DNA of 64,000 bases from Haliotis rufescens. Taxonomy: Eukaryota. Of the stretch, positions 50,750 through 63,557 are shown piece by piece. Position numbers and translations under genes: made by a program. The stretch is from the NCBI RefSeq assembly GCF_023055435.1, contig NW_025963846.1:14880001-14944000 (forward strand), given 5' to 3'. The stretch's first letter is position 1; each line of letters starts with the position of its first letter. A model generated the notes under the pieces. It ran no database searches and was not told where the DNA came from. It was given only the letters and a program-made list of their open reading frames with translations.

Positions 50750-51600
50750 TATTCATTTTTGTTGATGATGTAACTATTGTTGATGATAGTATGACTGGAC
50801 TCCATAGTAAAATAGATGTTTCAGAATCGTATTGCCAACCATTGGGACTAGAGGTTAATTTCGACCAAAAGAGTAGTTTTAGAAATAGTGGTTACTTAAG
50901 AACTATGTAGCAACGGTTGAATAAAGGTTCCCAAGTTAAAGTAGCACCATGCTCTAAATATCTTGGCATATTATTTTCTTGAAGACCTGTCTGGACTAAA
51001 CCTTATGATACTCTATCTCTTCAGGCAAGAAAAGCATCTACCCCAGCCTTCATCATGTTGAAACATACTCTCGACCAATATAACTGCTGCTAAAATATTT
51101 GAATCAATGCTGCTCCTGTTATTTTTGCTATGTTTCAGAAATCTGGGTATACACCTAGAGAAAAAATATTGAAAAGGTTCACCTCAAGTCCTTTAAAAGG
51201 TATATTTCTGTTGCAAAAAGAAGCTCCACAAATGCTATTTGGGTGAACTTGGAAGAACTCCCCTATGTGTAAATTATTATAGTCGTTCTGTTACATATCG
51301 GTGTAGATTCGGTGAAAATAGATATCCTGGAAGCTTTGGACGACAATGGTAAAACAAAATAAGATTACCATTGTTTCAAACTGGGTTTTCATGTGTATAC
51401 ATTTCTCTAAACTGTGGCGATTTAAATTGTATCATGGCTTTTTTTAACAACGATAAAACGATTTCAAAACTGTCATTTAATGTAACAAATTCGTCTCTTG
51501 CATGTATAAACGCCACTCGTACCATAGAGACCTATCTATTTAGCCCCGGAAAGAGATCTCCGAACAACTTCATGTTGATTTGTCCATTTAAGAAACAAAG
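50750..51600 (+). mobile_element. Decayed RTE-X-like LINE fragment
   Basis: FVDDV (about 50758), FRNSG, KYLG, EKVHL and GELGRTPL (51241). Confidence 0.75.
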
Positions 51601-52002
51601 AGAGAAAGCAGAGAAATTATATGAATGAATCACTGTAAATCAGTGTTGGCACCAGGTGTTCATTGAAAGGGTAAGCATGGCCTGTCCTACCGGTAGCACC
51701 CGTCATGTCTTTGTAAACATGGGTGATGTTAACCGTTAGAATCCAGTGGTGGTATAACTGTTGCTACTGGTAGGGTAGGACATGCTTACCATTTCCGCGA
51801 ACACCTGGTGTCATCACCTATTTTTCAGTGATCCATTCATATAGCTTTTACCGCTATTTTTCCTTTTACACTCAATGCAATCTGTTTCGTCGTATAATCG
51901 AGACTGGTTATTCTCTGGTGTTGACGTTGTATATTTATACACCAGGTGGAATGCCAGGTGGAATGCCAAAATATGAAAAACTTGTTTTATGGACGTGCAG
52001 GT

Positions 52003-52008
52003 TTTATT
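52003..52008 (-). terminator. Poly(A) signal of tropomyosin C
   Basis: AATAAA homologous to 38881..38886. Confidence 0.7.
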
Positions 52009-52399
52009 CACAAATGAACAAACGCATGTCTATTGACACACTGAATAAATAATAAATAGTTGTAATGAGTTGATACAATTTTGGCTATTTACAACATTCA
52101 GCAGTGGTTGGGTACATTTAAAATCAAAGAAAGCTTTATATTGTTCATGTGAGATTCAAAGTTTCAAGTATAAACTTGAGTGTTCAACCAGGCCTCCAGT
52201 GGTATCCATTGTATCCGAGCAAGCAATCACTGGCATCACTGACTCATGAGATGACAATTACAAGCATCACACAAAGTAGACAAAAAGTGTTAACCTTTTG
52301 AGCACAGTGTCTTATAGATCAATGTCACAGCATTAGAAAATATCCACTGGAGATTTGAAGAACACTGGCATGTTTCCTGTCTGTAGTACACATTCACAG

Positions 52400-53254
52400 T
52401 TAGTATCCGGCGAGCTCGGCGAATGTCTGGTCCAACTCGTCATGGATGGCCTTGTTCTTCTCCTTCTCTGTAAGTAGCTCATCGTCCAGGCGGTCGATGT
52501 CCTTCTGGTGTTTGGACACTGTCATCTCGGCATCCGCTGCGCGGTGCTCCGAGTCCTTGAGCCTTTGAGTCAAGTCTGCGATGGTCTCCTCAAACGTCCC
52601 TTCTCTCTGGCTAGCCTCCTGCTCGCTGATCTGAAGGGACTTCATGTTGTTTCCAACGACCTTCAATTCTTCATCGAGTTCAATGGTTTTGGTTTCAGCA
52701 GCCTCAAAACGGGTGACAGCTCGCTCCAGATCGGAATCTGTCAGGGCTAACTTACGGGCAGTTTCGTCGTACTTACTTTCAGCTTCCTCGGCGATATGTT
52801 GAGCATCCTTTAGTTGATTTTCTAGCTGATCGATGCGCTCATCGTCAGCAATGTTCTTGTTTTCCAGAACTTTGCGTGACCTCTCCGTCTCATCCTGAGC
52901 CTTGGATGCCTCCTCCAGCTTGATAGTAGCTGTCTGCAGTTTCTCCTCGCACCTCTCCAGATCTTCCTCCAACGTGGTAGCCCTGGAGGACGTACTACTG
53001 ACCTCTTGTTCCATCTCGGTGACTTTCTTGGTCGACGTCTCCAACTTGGCATTGACCTCCTGGTGCTGCTCGTTGACGTTGTCAAATTCTACCTCGAGGT
53101 TGGAAAATTTCTTCTGGAGAGCATGGAGGTCCTCCTCAACTTTAGCCTTCTCCTCCTCGATGTCTTTAAGTTGCTGTTCCAACATCTCGGCATTTTCGAG
53201 CGCGCTGTCCTTGTCAGACTTCATGGAGAGCATCTGCTTCTTGATGGCGTCCAT
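52400..53254 (-). CDS. TPM: Tropomyosin, intronless (copy C), 284 aa
   Basis: Intact ORF; 29 amino-acid differences from copy A by manual count. Confidence 0.97.
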   Translation of the reverse strand: MDAIKKQMLSMKSDKDSALENAEMLEQQLKDIEEEKAKVEEDLHALQKKFSNLEVEFDNVNEQHQEVNAKLETSTKKVTEMEQEVSSTSSRATTLEEDLERCEEKLQTATIKLEEASKAQDETERSRKVLENKNIADDERIDQLENQLKDAQHIAEEAESKYDETARKLALTDSDLERAVTRFEAAETKTIELDEELKVVGNNMKSLQISEQEASQREGTFEETIADLTQRLKDSEHRAADAEMTVSKHQKDIDRLDDELLTEKEKNKAIHDELDQTFAELAGY

Positions 53255-53396
53255 GGCTAGTTGGAAGGTGTTGTGGCGTAAAATGAAACGGAAAGTAGTT
53301 TAGATTACAAAGTTGTAGAGATAATCTTAACAACCGAGCGACGAATTGCTTATTCAGGTAAGAACTGAGAGCGGACCGTTGGTTGTTGACGGCGGA

Positions 53397-53437
53397 AAGT
53401 GAATATGGCCTCTCGTTTAATATCGGTCTGTTTTATA
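53397..53437 (-). promoter_or_regulatory. Putative core promoter of tropomyosin C
   Basis: TATAAAA at 53437..53431 followed by CCATATTCAC; homologous to the copy B promoter. Confidence 0.7.
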
Positions 53438-53916
53438 CTACAGACTGAACCTCATATGGTATTATAGACAGAGATGGCCAGCGCCATCTTTGAAACGACC
53501 CCCTGCCACTGGGCCAGTGTACCTCTCCCTGTACCGGCGGGGGGTGCATCTGTTAGACCATGTGCTCTACCCGTGTACATCGTCTTCTTATATCATTACA
53601 TGGATATTTCTTACGGAGAAAGTATACATCAAACGTTGCACCATTAATGGAGAATATCACAGCGCTATTAAGTAATTATCATGTCCACCTGTATACATAC
53701 GAGGATTGGGTAGCACCCATGCGACATCTGGATTACGGAGCGGCTGTTTTCAATGTCCATTGGTAAAGGGTCGGGTTGGGTCCCCGGGGCGGATTGGGTC
53801 CCCGTGGTTCACACTGAAACGGGAGATGTCTGTAATAGTATATGTTTTCTGTTTCATATATTCAGTAGGTTTCTGTTTTTGTAGGTTTTGTGCATGTTGT
53901 ATGTGAAGGTGTATCT

Positions 53917-54040
53917 TTGTTTGTTTGTTGTTTAACGCCGCACTCAGAAATATTTAAGCTATATGACGGCGGTTTATAAATAATCGAGTCTGGAACAGAC
54001 ATCCCAGTGATAATGATCACGAGCATCGATCTACGCAATT
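53917..54040 (-). mobile_element. Family C retroposon, 3' part
   Basis: GATCGATGCTCGTGATC...GCGGCGTTAAAC(AAAC)n. Confidence 0.8.
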
Positions 54041-54469
54041 GGAGTTGGTGTATGTGGTGTACCACTTCCATGCTTCTAATCCAGTAAATCTTCTTTAATT
54101 CCCACTCATTCAGAAAAATACATTTGATTTACAACTGAGAATATTCCTTTTATACGATTATATATCTTTAAGACTGCCCCCGTGGTCTGGGGGATAGAGC
54201 CTCTGGCGTCTGGCCGGATAGAGGAAGGTCGGTGGAGACGTTAACCCCAATTCACCTCACCTCACCTATACGTTCAGAAAGTAAGCACTTCAAAGTCGAA
54301 AACAAACAAAATATACAAGCAAACTCGAAAATTAAAACCTGACATCTGTTTTATAGAACAACAAACATAAATTTAACTTATATTTATTCTATTCATACTA
54401 TGTTATACACCACAGTATAATCATTTCAGCATGAAAAACCCAGTTTTTTTCTTTGCCGTAGATTTAGAA

Positions 54470-54633
54470 AGTGAGTGAGTATGGTTTCACGCCGCTTTTA
54501 GCAAAATCCCAGCAATATCACGGCGGGGGACACCAGAAATGGGCTTCACATTTTGTACCAATGTCGGGAATCAAACCCCTGTCTTCGTCATGACAAGAGC
54601 GAACGCTTTAACCACTAGGCTACCCGACCGCCC
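54470..54633 (-). mobile_element. SINE family A
   Basis: Full length; TSD AGATTTAGA. Confidence 0.9.
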
Positions 54634-55374
54634 CAGATTTAGACAGAATCAACTGTTTTAAACGTTACATAAACATGTTAAGTTCATTTATTCATTTTTT
54701 TCATTGGCAAGGCCAATCCTTTAAGGAATCATTTACAAAACAAATATTTTAGAACAAATGCATAATTTTGACATAACTTTACAAGGTAGTTCTATCTTAG
54801 TAGTTAGGAAAAGAAATAACTTCGAGAAAATTTTAAATAAAATGCATTTCTTAATTAAATGAAAATCCTTTTCTTTTATCGCAAGTTGGCGTCATATTAA
54901 GTGCTGGGTAGAAGAAAGTACACACCCCTGTTTGATGGTGGCTAAAAATGAAACAAACAAGACATTGTTAATCGAGGTTGATGAATTTGATACGGGTATC
55001 ATAGTTGTGTTTATGGACCTTCCGTTTGCAGTGTTTCGGGCTACTGTTTTCAGCCTAGTAACTTCTTTCAGTGGCATTTAGAACTTGGTGTGAAGTTAAT
55101 ATCACAAGAAGGATTTATAAGCCCATTAACAGGAATGTAGTCATAAGATCGATACGGATAGTTTCCAAGTTTGAAAGTCACATAATTATGAAAGTACGCT
55201 TGATTTATATTTTGGTATGCAATGTTTGTAATTAGTTGTAAACAAACATTATGGTGTTGTAAACATCTGCTATACATGGCTTATGTAATACTCTGTGTGG
55301 GATAACTTAATCATGTGAAATTGATATCAAAACTGTTCGTGTTCATATGTTCGAAAACGATCTGTATAACATGA

Positions 55375-55653
55375 GGGGGCACGGGTGGCCCAGTCGTCTA
55401 AGGCGCCGCGATTCGCTGTGCAGAGTCGCGTCCCTTGGGTACGCCTAAACCTATGATTGTGGGTTCGAATCCCGGTTCGCCCAGATTATGTTTCTAGGTT
55501 TGTCAGCACCATACCCGTGCTCGTGGGTTTCACCGAAGTGGTAAACGTCTGAGACCTGCATCACTTCGGGCTTTCCTCCCACATTAAGCTGACACCCGTG
55601 ATATGACTGGAATACTGTTAAAAGCGGCGTTAAACCAGACTCACTCACTCACT
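55375..55653 (+). mobile_element. SINE family B, full length
   Basis: TSD CTGTAT(A/G)ACATGA. Confidence 0.92.
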
Positions 55654-56321
55654 GTATGACATGATTGCACCACGGCGGTATATTTGTTCCTCTTTGTCGC
55701 CGTGAAAATAACTGAAATACTTCCCAAAGAGACTTTAAAACCAACTCACTCACTTAAATATATATATAAAACGCCAGTCTCTATTATCTACCGATACAGA
55801 TTCCATAGCGCATAAAAGGCAAACTAGCGATGAAAATAATATGAATGGATTACTGAAAATCGGTGATGACGCCAGGTATTGTGCACTCCCAGTCGAACCC
55901 ACCACTCGCACAATTTCGATAAAATAGTGAGTGTTGTCTGACAACGCGCAGCAACACTCCTGTCATACGGTTGTGGCATATACAATCGAGTCTTACCAGA
56001 CACTCACGTGATAGATCAGACTGTCCTACGCACGATAGCGCATTTACTGATTTTGTTGAAACTAAAACGATTATGTTACTTTTGAATAACGTCTGCTTCA
56101 AAGACACACCTGCAAATTTACAGTAATGCTTTATGATATAATTCTTATTTGAGAAATCTTTTACATATGCAATGCGAAAATAAAAATATTTGTATTGATA
56201 TTTTGTTGTTGTTGTTTTTATGTATTTGTATGTTGTTAGTCTAGTCCACTTGGGAATAAGGGGAACAGGTAGGGGATTATCTGCCCACTGGACCATGAAC
56301 TGTGTTGTTTTAAACTGTTAT

Positions 56322-56494
56322 TGTTGTTTGTTTAAAGCCGCACTAGGCAATATTCCAGCTGTATGACGGCGGTCTGTAAATAATCGAGTCTACGCACTTG
56401 AGATACGACGACATGCATCAACCATGTCGGCGAGCCTGACCACCCGATTTCGTTAGTCGCCTCTTACGACAAACACAGTCACCTTTTACAGCAA
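56322..56494 (-). mobile_element. Family C retroposon, deleted copy
   Basis: GTCGTAAGAGGCGACTAACG...CTGGAATATTGCC. Confidence 0.78.
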
Positions 56495-59437
56495 GTTTAA
56501 AACTGTATAGTGGTGATTTGGGGAGGATGTCGGGTTTTTTCCGTTGCTTGTTTGTAGTATGATCAGAGTCATTGTGATTGTGTATACGCGATGTGATGCT
56601 GATGGTCGACAGACTGTAATTATGGCACAACGGGGTGCCTTTTCAATACATTAGTCAGGAGTGCACCGAGAGTTATTGCTTTATCTTATGTAATAAGCTA
56701 TGGCGGTTTGCCCTACACGTGCCGAATGCTACCGTGTGTATCAAGTTACGACATTTCTCGCGCACTTGCCATGTCTGAGATCCCCGGGCATATGTGCTGC
56801 ATTTCGTGTATAGAGTGAAATAACAGATCTTCAATAGCATGTTAGAAATACACTGAAATACACAATGCCATTTAGAAAGTGGTCAAACGTAACAAATCTT
56901 ATTTTGGGATAACACTTTCTTAGTGAAGTACAGATTTTCGTACTTTTTTGGGATGAGTCCTTGGACAGAGCCCCCAAAAGTACGAGAATCTGTACTTTAC
57001 TGAGAAAGTGTTATCCCAAATCAGAGACCATACATTTGTTACGTTAGAAATACACTGGTAACTAAACTGATGAAACCAATTTGCATTTGAGCAAAATCAT
57101 ACGGCCTCCTATATTCAAAGAGTTGACCATGGCTACCCACATTGTGTGAATGCATGAAAAATAAACATGATGTCAAGAAACAGGGTTTAATGGAAATCAC
57201 ACTTCATAATTCCTTGTTCCTGAAAAACTAGTTCCGCAATCCGTTTTAACGGTGGTTTCACTTTTGTAAGAACTCATATTTGTAACTCACAAACGAAAGA
57301 GTTCTAAATTCGTCTGCAAGCAGGTGCGTTGTCTCACGATGCTGATAAAAGTAAGAATTGTCAAAGTCATGACGTAATTAAAGTTGATAACACCTTGCTA
57401 CTAAACATTTATCGAGACAATTTCAATGTAAACACCTGTGATCTTGGAGGCCATTTAGAAAGGTTTGTAAACAACCGTGGGAGCTTTTCAGACGTGCTTA
57501 CTTCACTGGTTTACAAACCGATTTCGAGAGTGTCAAAGTCATACGAAGAAACAGAGACCATTTCTCCAGAAGAAAGTACCTGATGTTGAAGTAAATCTAG
57601 CTTTCTTTTGACGCTAGATGCTACACAGGGCAGCTGGCCAAGGACTCCTTGAAGGAGATGTGGAGCTTTGTCATTTTGATTATAACAATGTTATGTAAAT
57701 GTTTCATTTACAAAATTGTGTCGATCTACACTACATTTACAGAAATGTTCTTAAATGTATCTATTTGCATTTGTTATCGAAGCCATTTCATAAGATTTTA
57801 CCCCCATGTCAGTTCCGTGTCATAATTCTTTGTTCTGGTCACAAGACACGACTAAATGGATCGGGTGCAATACTCCCTACTTAGATCCAAGTCTACCGAG
57901 TCTATGCATAGTCCAATCACAATCACATAATGATATCAACATCCGGTTCATAAACTGCCGAGCAGATTTCGGTCGATTGCAGGATTTGCAATGCATGTGT
58001 TTCGTCAACTTAGAGTCAACCAATATTTTTCCAATCTTTTCATGTTTTTAAAAAAATCAACGTGATCAAGTGATTTGATGCACTTGGCAAAGTACGATCC
58101 GTTGTATTACAATATAGATCTTGATTATCGATCAGATCATCGTCACTGGGTGCCGTCGTTTTGTTTGAAGCAAAGCTAGTGATATGAGAGATGGAATCTG
58201 ATTGGTCAATATGAGGGACATAGAAGGGACATAACCCGTAATAGCCATTGGTGGCTCTACGATCGTGCCCAGAAGTTCCAGCCTAGTTCGGCAAGGGTGG
58301 AAACTGGACTTATACAGTCAGTTAACTCCATTGTCTCGGGAAGATGCAGTTGAACTGTTACGATTCACTAGCGTATTCGGTGACTAGAACTGTATCCTTT
58401 CATGAATTGAATTCATTAATCGTGGTCACTAGAATCGAGTATTTACAAAACAAAAATGAAAAGAGATTTTTTAACTTGAAGTTGTCTGTTATTTATAAAA
58501 AGCAAGATATGCAAAATGGAATATATACAAGCCATGCAGTAGTACGTTGTGTGGGTCATCTACAACTCCAGTTCAGTCAACGGCTGATTGTCCATAATGC
58601 TCATGAGTTATTTGGACCCCAAAGGTAGTGTTGTGGCGTTTGATCACTGTTTGTTTTTTTGCAACCATGATTATGCAGACATGTGCATTTACATAACCTG
58701 TACCTGTACAAAATACAGAAGAACTTATTATATGCCTACGTAGATTTCTTCAAAGACATCACTCTTATATATTTAATTTGACAGCAATGTGGTCATTGGA
58801 TATTGTCGCCCTTGAACAGATACTAGTACCTGGATAATGCAGTATATAAATGTATGATATTATAATAATAATTAACACTGTCAACATGGTCAAACCATGT
58901 AAAATAATTTATTTTGTTATTGTTTCACTGAATATAATAAATAATACATCAACTGCTGGCTTGTTATTGTATTTGTATATAAATATTCATAATCGTTACC
59001 CTATATTCGTGATACGTATCGTATTCGCCTCATAGTGTATTCGTTGCAGCCCTAATTCTCAGTGAGATGTGATGTTCACACCAATGTATATTTTACAAGT
59101 GAAGAATAAGGCATTCCAACATTAAAATCCCATGTCACTGGATGTCTTTTTAATTCTTTACAGCTGTAACTTTTTTCTACATTTTACTGAGCGCATTCAA
59201 AAACGAAACCCTTCATACACAGACGGGTAGTTTGTGTGTCCCAGCCAGTTGATATGATGAGGCAAACAAGATGCAATCTAGTCTGGGATTTCACTTATTA
59301 GAAATGATGATATATTACACATTAAAACATGTTAAAAGAATTGTTACACAACCAAAAATTAAGAATATTTGATCCAGTTCAAGGGTATCATTTGTGATGT
59401 TTTTGTAATCATAATTTTGTGATTGGTATTTTCACAG

Positions 59438-59536
59438 GTTCACTGAATCCACAATTGATGTCTCACAGTTTAAAACAAACTACATGTACTGGATTATCAT
59501 GCAGAATTTGGACCCAGACACATTGATATAGTCATG
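59438..59536 (+). CDS. IMMP2L: IMMP2L exon: 5'UTR plus the start codon only (ATG 59534..59536)
   Basis: Acceptor TTTTCACAG|, donor ATG|GTAAGT. Phase 0 joins the next exon, which lacks its own Met; in-frame stops upstream. Confidence 0.7.
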
Positions 59537-59587
59537 GTAAGTATGACCGTTACTTTTTGTTAGTTTGCCCACTTCATTCTTATATCG

Positions 59588-60006
59588 GGGGGCGGTCGGG
59601 TAGCCTAGTGGTTAAAGCATTCGCTCGTCACGCCGAAGACCCGGGTTTCGAATCCCAACATGGGTACAATGTTATTGCTGGAATATTGCTAAAAGCGGCG
59701 TAATACCAAACTCACTCACTCACTCATATCGGGGGCACAGGTGGCCAAGTCGTCTAAGGCGCTCCGAATTGCTGTTCAGAGTTGCATCCCTTGGTCACGC
59801 CAGAAACCTATGATTGTGGGTTCGAATCCAGGTTCGACACGATTATGTTTCTAGGTTTGTCAGCACCAACCCCACTCATGGGTTTCACCGAAGTGATAAC
59901 GTCTGAGACCTGCATCACTTCGGGCTTTCCTCCCACATTAACCTGACTCGCCGTGATATAACTGGATTACTGTTAAAAGCAGCGTTAAACCCAACTCACT
60001 CACTCA
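59588..60006 (+). mobile_element. Tandem SINE A (deleted, 59588..59724) + SINE B (59730..60006) in an IMMP2L intron
   Basis: ATATCGGGGG is duplicated around the A copy, so A inserted at the head of B. Confidence 0.85.
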
Positions 60007-60595
60007 GGAAATGGTATATTCTTTAGGGATGCAACTTAACCTTGGTGATAACATATGGGAATCACACCCAAAAACCTTTAGGCCACACATTTTTTATTTT
60101 TCGTTTCACTTGCCCACAACCCCTACTGAAAAGCAGCCGGTCTAAGAAATAAATTAAATATAAAGTATTTATGTTTATGATGTGTCCCGCTGGTAATATA
60201 AACCCTCTTATGTACAATGCAAAGTGTTAACAGGTATTCATAAATTCCATGTCCACCTGCAGTTTTAAATCCATGGCAGAATGACTTTCATTTAGATAAA
60301 TAAATGATTGAATTTTGTTAATTCTATTTCAACCGACCTTGTGTTGAAAAGTTGGAATAAATCTGTGAAACATAAAATTAAGTGTGGCCTTAATTTCTAA
60401 TTGATCCTTTTATAGGATACCTTTAGACGAAATGCTTAACACGGATACCCCACTGAGACTCAGTATACTGACTCTACATGAACCAGTCCTTGTTTTATCC
60501 CCTTAATGCCAAGTGCCAAGCAGGGTAACAACAAGTACCATCTTTTAATATCCTTTGGCATGACGTGGTCGGAGATCAATCCCTAGTCTCATCTA

Positions 60596-60970
60596 AATCT
60601 CATCTTGCTGTTTGCTAACGCTAAACAAAGATCTGAGGACACCCCATAACAGGTCATGTCAGAACGACCTTTCTGAACATTGACTGACCAATGTAATGAC
60701 TAACAAGAAGTCGACATTGTCAAACAGAAAGCAACTTTCTCGCGGTATAGGTGATGAATTTCGCAGATTCAGTCTTAAAGCCCAGAACTGTTGTTCAGAA
60801 TAGCCCTTGTTAACCTTTTCCAAGGTTGCATGATTAGAAAATACATTCCGACTGTCACTTTTCTGATCTGGTAAGCAACGCTCTGGTTGGATGAAAGGTC
60901 GGTCTGATGTGAGCCTTAATGGCATGTCCTCAGACCTTTATTTAGCGGAAGCGATTACTTAGATCTGATT
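60596..60970. mobile_element. MITE nested in a family D SINE
   Basis: Inverted CGCTAAACAAAGATCTGAGGACA / TGTCCTCAGACCTTTATTTAGCG; SINE D sequence on both sides. Confidence 0.6.
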
Positions 60971-61084
60971 TTATCAAATGGATTGATCTCCATCCACTAG
61001 ACCAAGGAGAAGGCCTCTGATTTGTTTTGGTCTTGTTAACCTCTCTGATGAAAGTCCTTATTTTAACCCTTTTATCTACCTGTT

Positions 61085-61283
61085 ATGCTTGTTGTAAGAG
61101 GCAACTTACGTGATCGGGTGGTCAGGCTCGCTGACTTGGTTGATGCATGTCATCGTATCCCACTTGCGTAGATCAATGCTCATGATGTCAATCACTGGAT
61201 TGTCTGGGCACGACTCGATTATTTACAGACTGCCGTCATATAGCTGGAATATGGCTGAGTGCGGCGTTATAAACAACAAACAA
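61085..61283 (+). mobile_element. Family C retroposon, 5'-truncated
   Basis: Match to the family C body and tail. Confidence 0.85.
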
Positions 61284-61455
61284 ATGATTGCAGGTCTACA
61301 TATTCGGCAGTGAGATGTTGCCCATAGTTTGATATCTAGCACTAGTTTGTCTGGTCTACGTATACGATGGTTACCTTCACCATTACAAATTATGGCTGAC
61401 ATCCAGCAGTATCGTTTTTCATACATCAAAATATATGATTGTTATATTCTTCCAG

Positions 61456-61578
61456 ATCAGACCATTAAGAAATCTGCGAAGACTGCTGCTTGGCACTGTG
61501 ACGTTTGTTGTTCCGGTCACAGTCACATTCATAGACCTCGTCGGATGTGTGGTAAAAGTCGAGGGAATTTCAATGCAG
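61456..61578 (+). CDS. IMMP2L: Mitochondrial inner membrane protease subunit 2, coding exon
   Basis: IRPLRNLRRLLLGTVTFVVPVTVTFIDLVGCVVKVEGISMQ resembles vertebrate VPVAVTFLDRVACVARVEGASMQ (peptidase S26 catalytic Ser). Canonical AG/GT. Confidence 0.93.
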
Positions 61579-61622
61579 GTAAGCAGATTGTATAACAAAT
61601 ATCTGAGTCACATACTTTTTAA

Positions 61623-61851
61623 ATAGGTCTTTAGCAACCCGTAAAAGGCGACTTCGCTTGTCGTAAGAGGCGACTTACGGGATCGGATGGTCAAGCTCGC
61701 TGACTTGGTCGATGCATGTCAATTATCCCAATTGCCTGGATCGATGCTCATGGTGTCAATCACTGGATTGTCTGATCCAGACTTGATTATTTACAGACCG
61801 CCATCATATAGCTGGAATATTGCTGAGGGCGGCGTTAAACAACAAACAAAC
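61623..61851 (+). mobile_element. Family C retroposon
   Basis: ATAGGTCTTTAGCAACCC...GTCGTAAGAGGCGACTTACGGG... Confidence 0.85.
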
Positions 61852-61929
61852 TAATTGTATATGACTACTTGACAGCAACAAATCGACTGGATGGCCCCCA
61901 GACTAATTCTGTTTGACCTGTTCCTGCAG

Positions 61930-62039
61930 CCGGCCCTGAATCCACTAGGCGATGGCAGATCGGCAGTAGATTATGTGTTCCTCAACCGTTGGGCAGCAAG
62001 TGCATATCACTTCCAAAGAGGAGAAATTGTGTCACTAAG
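61930..62039 (+). CDS. IMMP2L: IMMP2L next coding exon (gene continues beyond the window)
   Basis: [36 protein letters not shown] resembles PSLNP...DVVLLNHW...RGDIVSL. CTGCAG| acceptor and phase-2 |GTAAGT donor. Confidence 0.93.
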
Positions 62040-63557
62040 GTAAGTACTTCTGTCAAGTCTCCTAATACTCATTGATGACCTAACTTTCACAGACACCAGT
62101 CCACATGGATGGACATTATGATCGTGTAACAGACCGTGTAGTCATCCCACAGATGACATTCTTACCTTGTCAGCTTGCTGATGGGGTTAACCTCTTTGGT
62201 CATGTGTACAAGGCATCCAACATCGGATCAGAAGATTCTTTGCTTGAATCCCATCCCATTTTGTAACCATCACAGAGATTTCTGTAGACTTGCACAGAGG
62301 CCAATATTTGGCCACAAATCTGCCAAAATTGTCAGTAAAATTTTCAAATGGAAATTAAAAGGTTCCTATCTCATGTAGATAAAGTTCCAACTAATGTGAT
62401 TGTTTGGTGACTTGTAGTCCACCTACAAATAAACCAAATAACACTAGACCACCCAACCAGCATTTTTTTAAATTTTACTGGTCCTGAAGAAAATACGCTA
62501 GGCTGTGTTAGTGTCACTGAATGCATGTAGATAAGAGAATGAATGTGCTGGGCCGAGTTGTAATTGGTGATGTCATATACATATATTTTTATATTTGTGT
62601 TTTACATGATAAAATATCAGTTTCATGTGTTATTTATTTGTTTTATAATGTTCCTTTATTTTATGCCATGTCTCTGGTTTGACTGTTACCTGCAAGTGTT
62701 GTGGATATGTGAGTGACACAATCAGTGGTCCCGCTGGCTTTTGAAACTGCCAGTCCTTGTGGAATGGCAACTCTAAAAATTACAAGTCCCCCTAATTTTT
62801 ACCAGTCCCAACTTTCAACAAATAAAAAAAAGTATGAACATTTTTTAATTCTTTCAACATCATTTTCAGTGCAAAGATGTCATCTCATAGGTAACTTAGT
62901 TAGATCTATATGTCATTCACACAAACTTCAGTCAAAATTTTCTCTTCTCTGTTTTATATTTGGAGACGAAGTCGCTACGAATGGATATTTAACCTAGAAA
63001 TAGACAAGGGGAAACCCTGATGGTAACAGACAAGCTGACTTTGTTCGAAAAATGTACTTATATGAATATTGCCAATGTTTTGTTCAACAACAAAGATTTA
63101 TAACATACTTTATTTGCCGGTCCACGGGGAATGGCTGTCACATGAATTTATTACCAGTCCAAGCCTTATTTTACCTACCGGTAAAAATCTGGTAATTACC
63201 GGTAAACGGGAACGCTGCCCAATCTCCATAGTTGAGATCAGCAGGAGCTAAGACATGTAACATGTCTGCCCTGTGAACCAGTAAGGATGTAAACTTGTCA
63301 TGTACATACAGTGTTAGAAATTGGCACTTGTCCCGTAGTCCTTGCCAAACTGCACAATAGTTAAGGTATAATAAGGACTAGTACAAATTTGCCATTTTTA
63401 AGGGTGTAACTATATGTTATAATTAAAAGGACAAGTGGATCTAAAACGTTAGTTTCTACTGCTGACATACATTCTTTTATTACTCATCCATGAAGAGATC
63501 ACCTATTTAATAACAATGGCTATCAATACAGATCACAGAGATTGTTAACTGACCATT

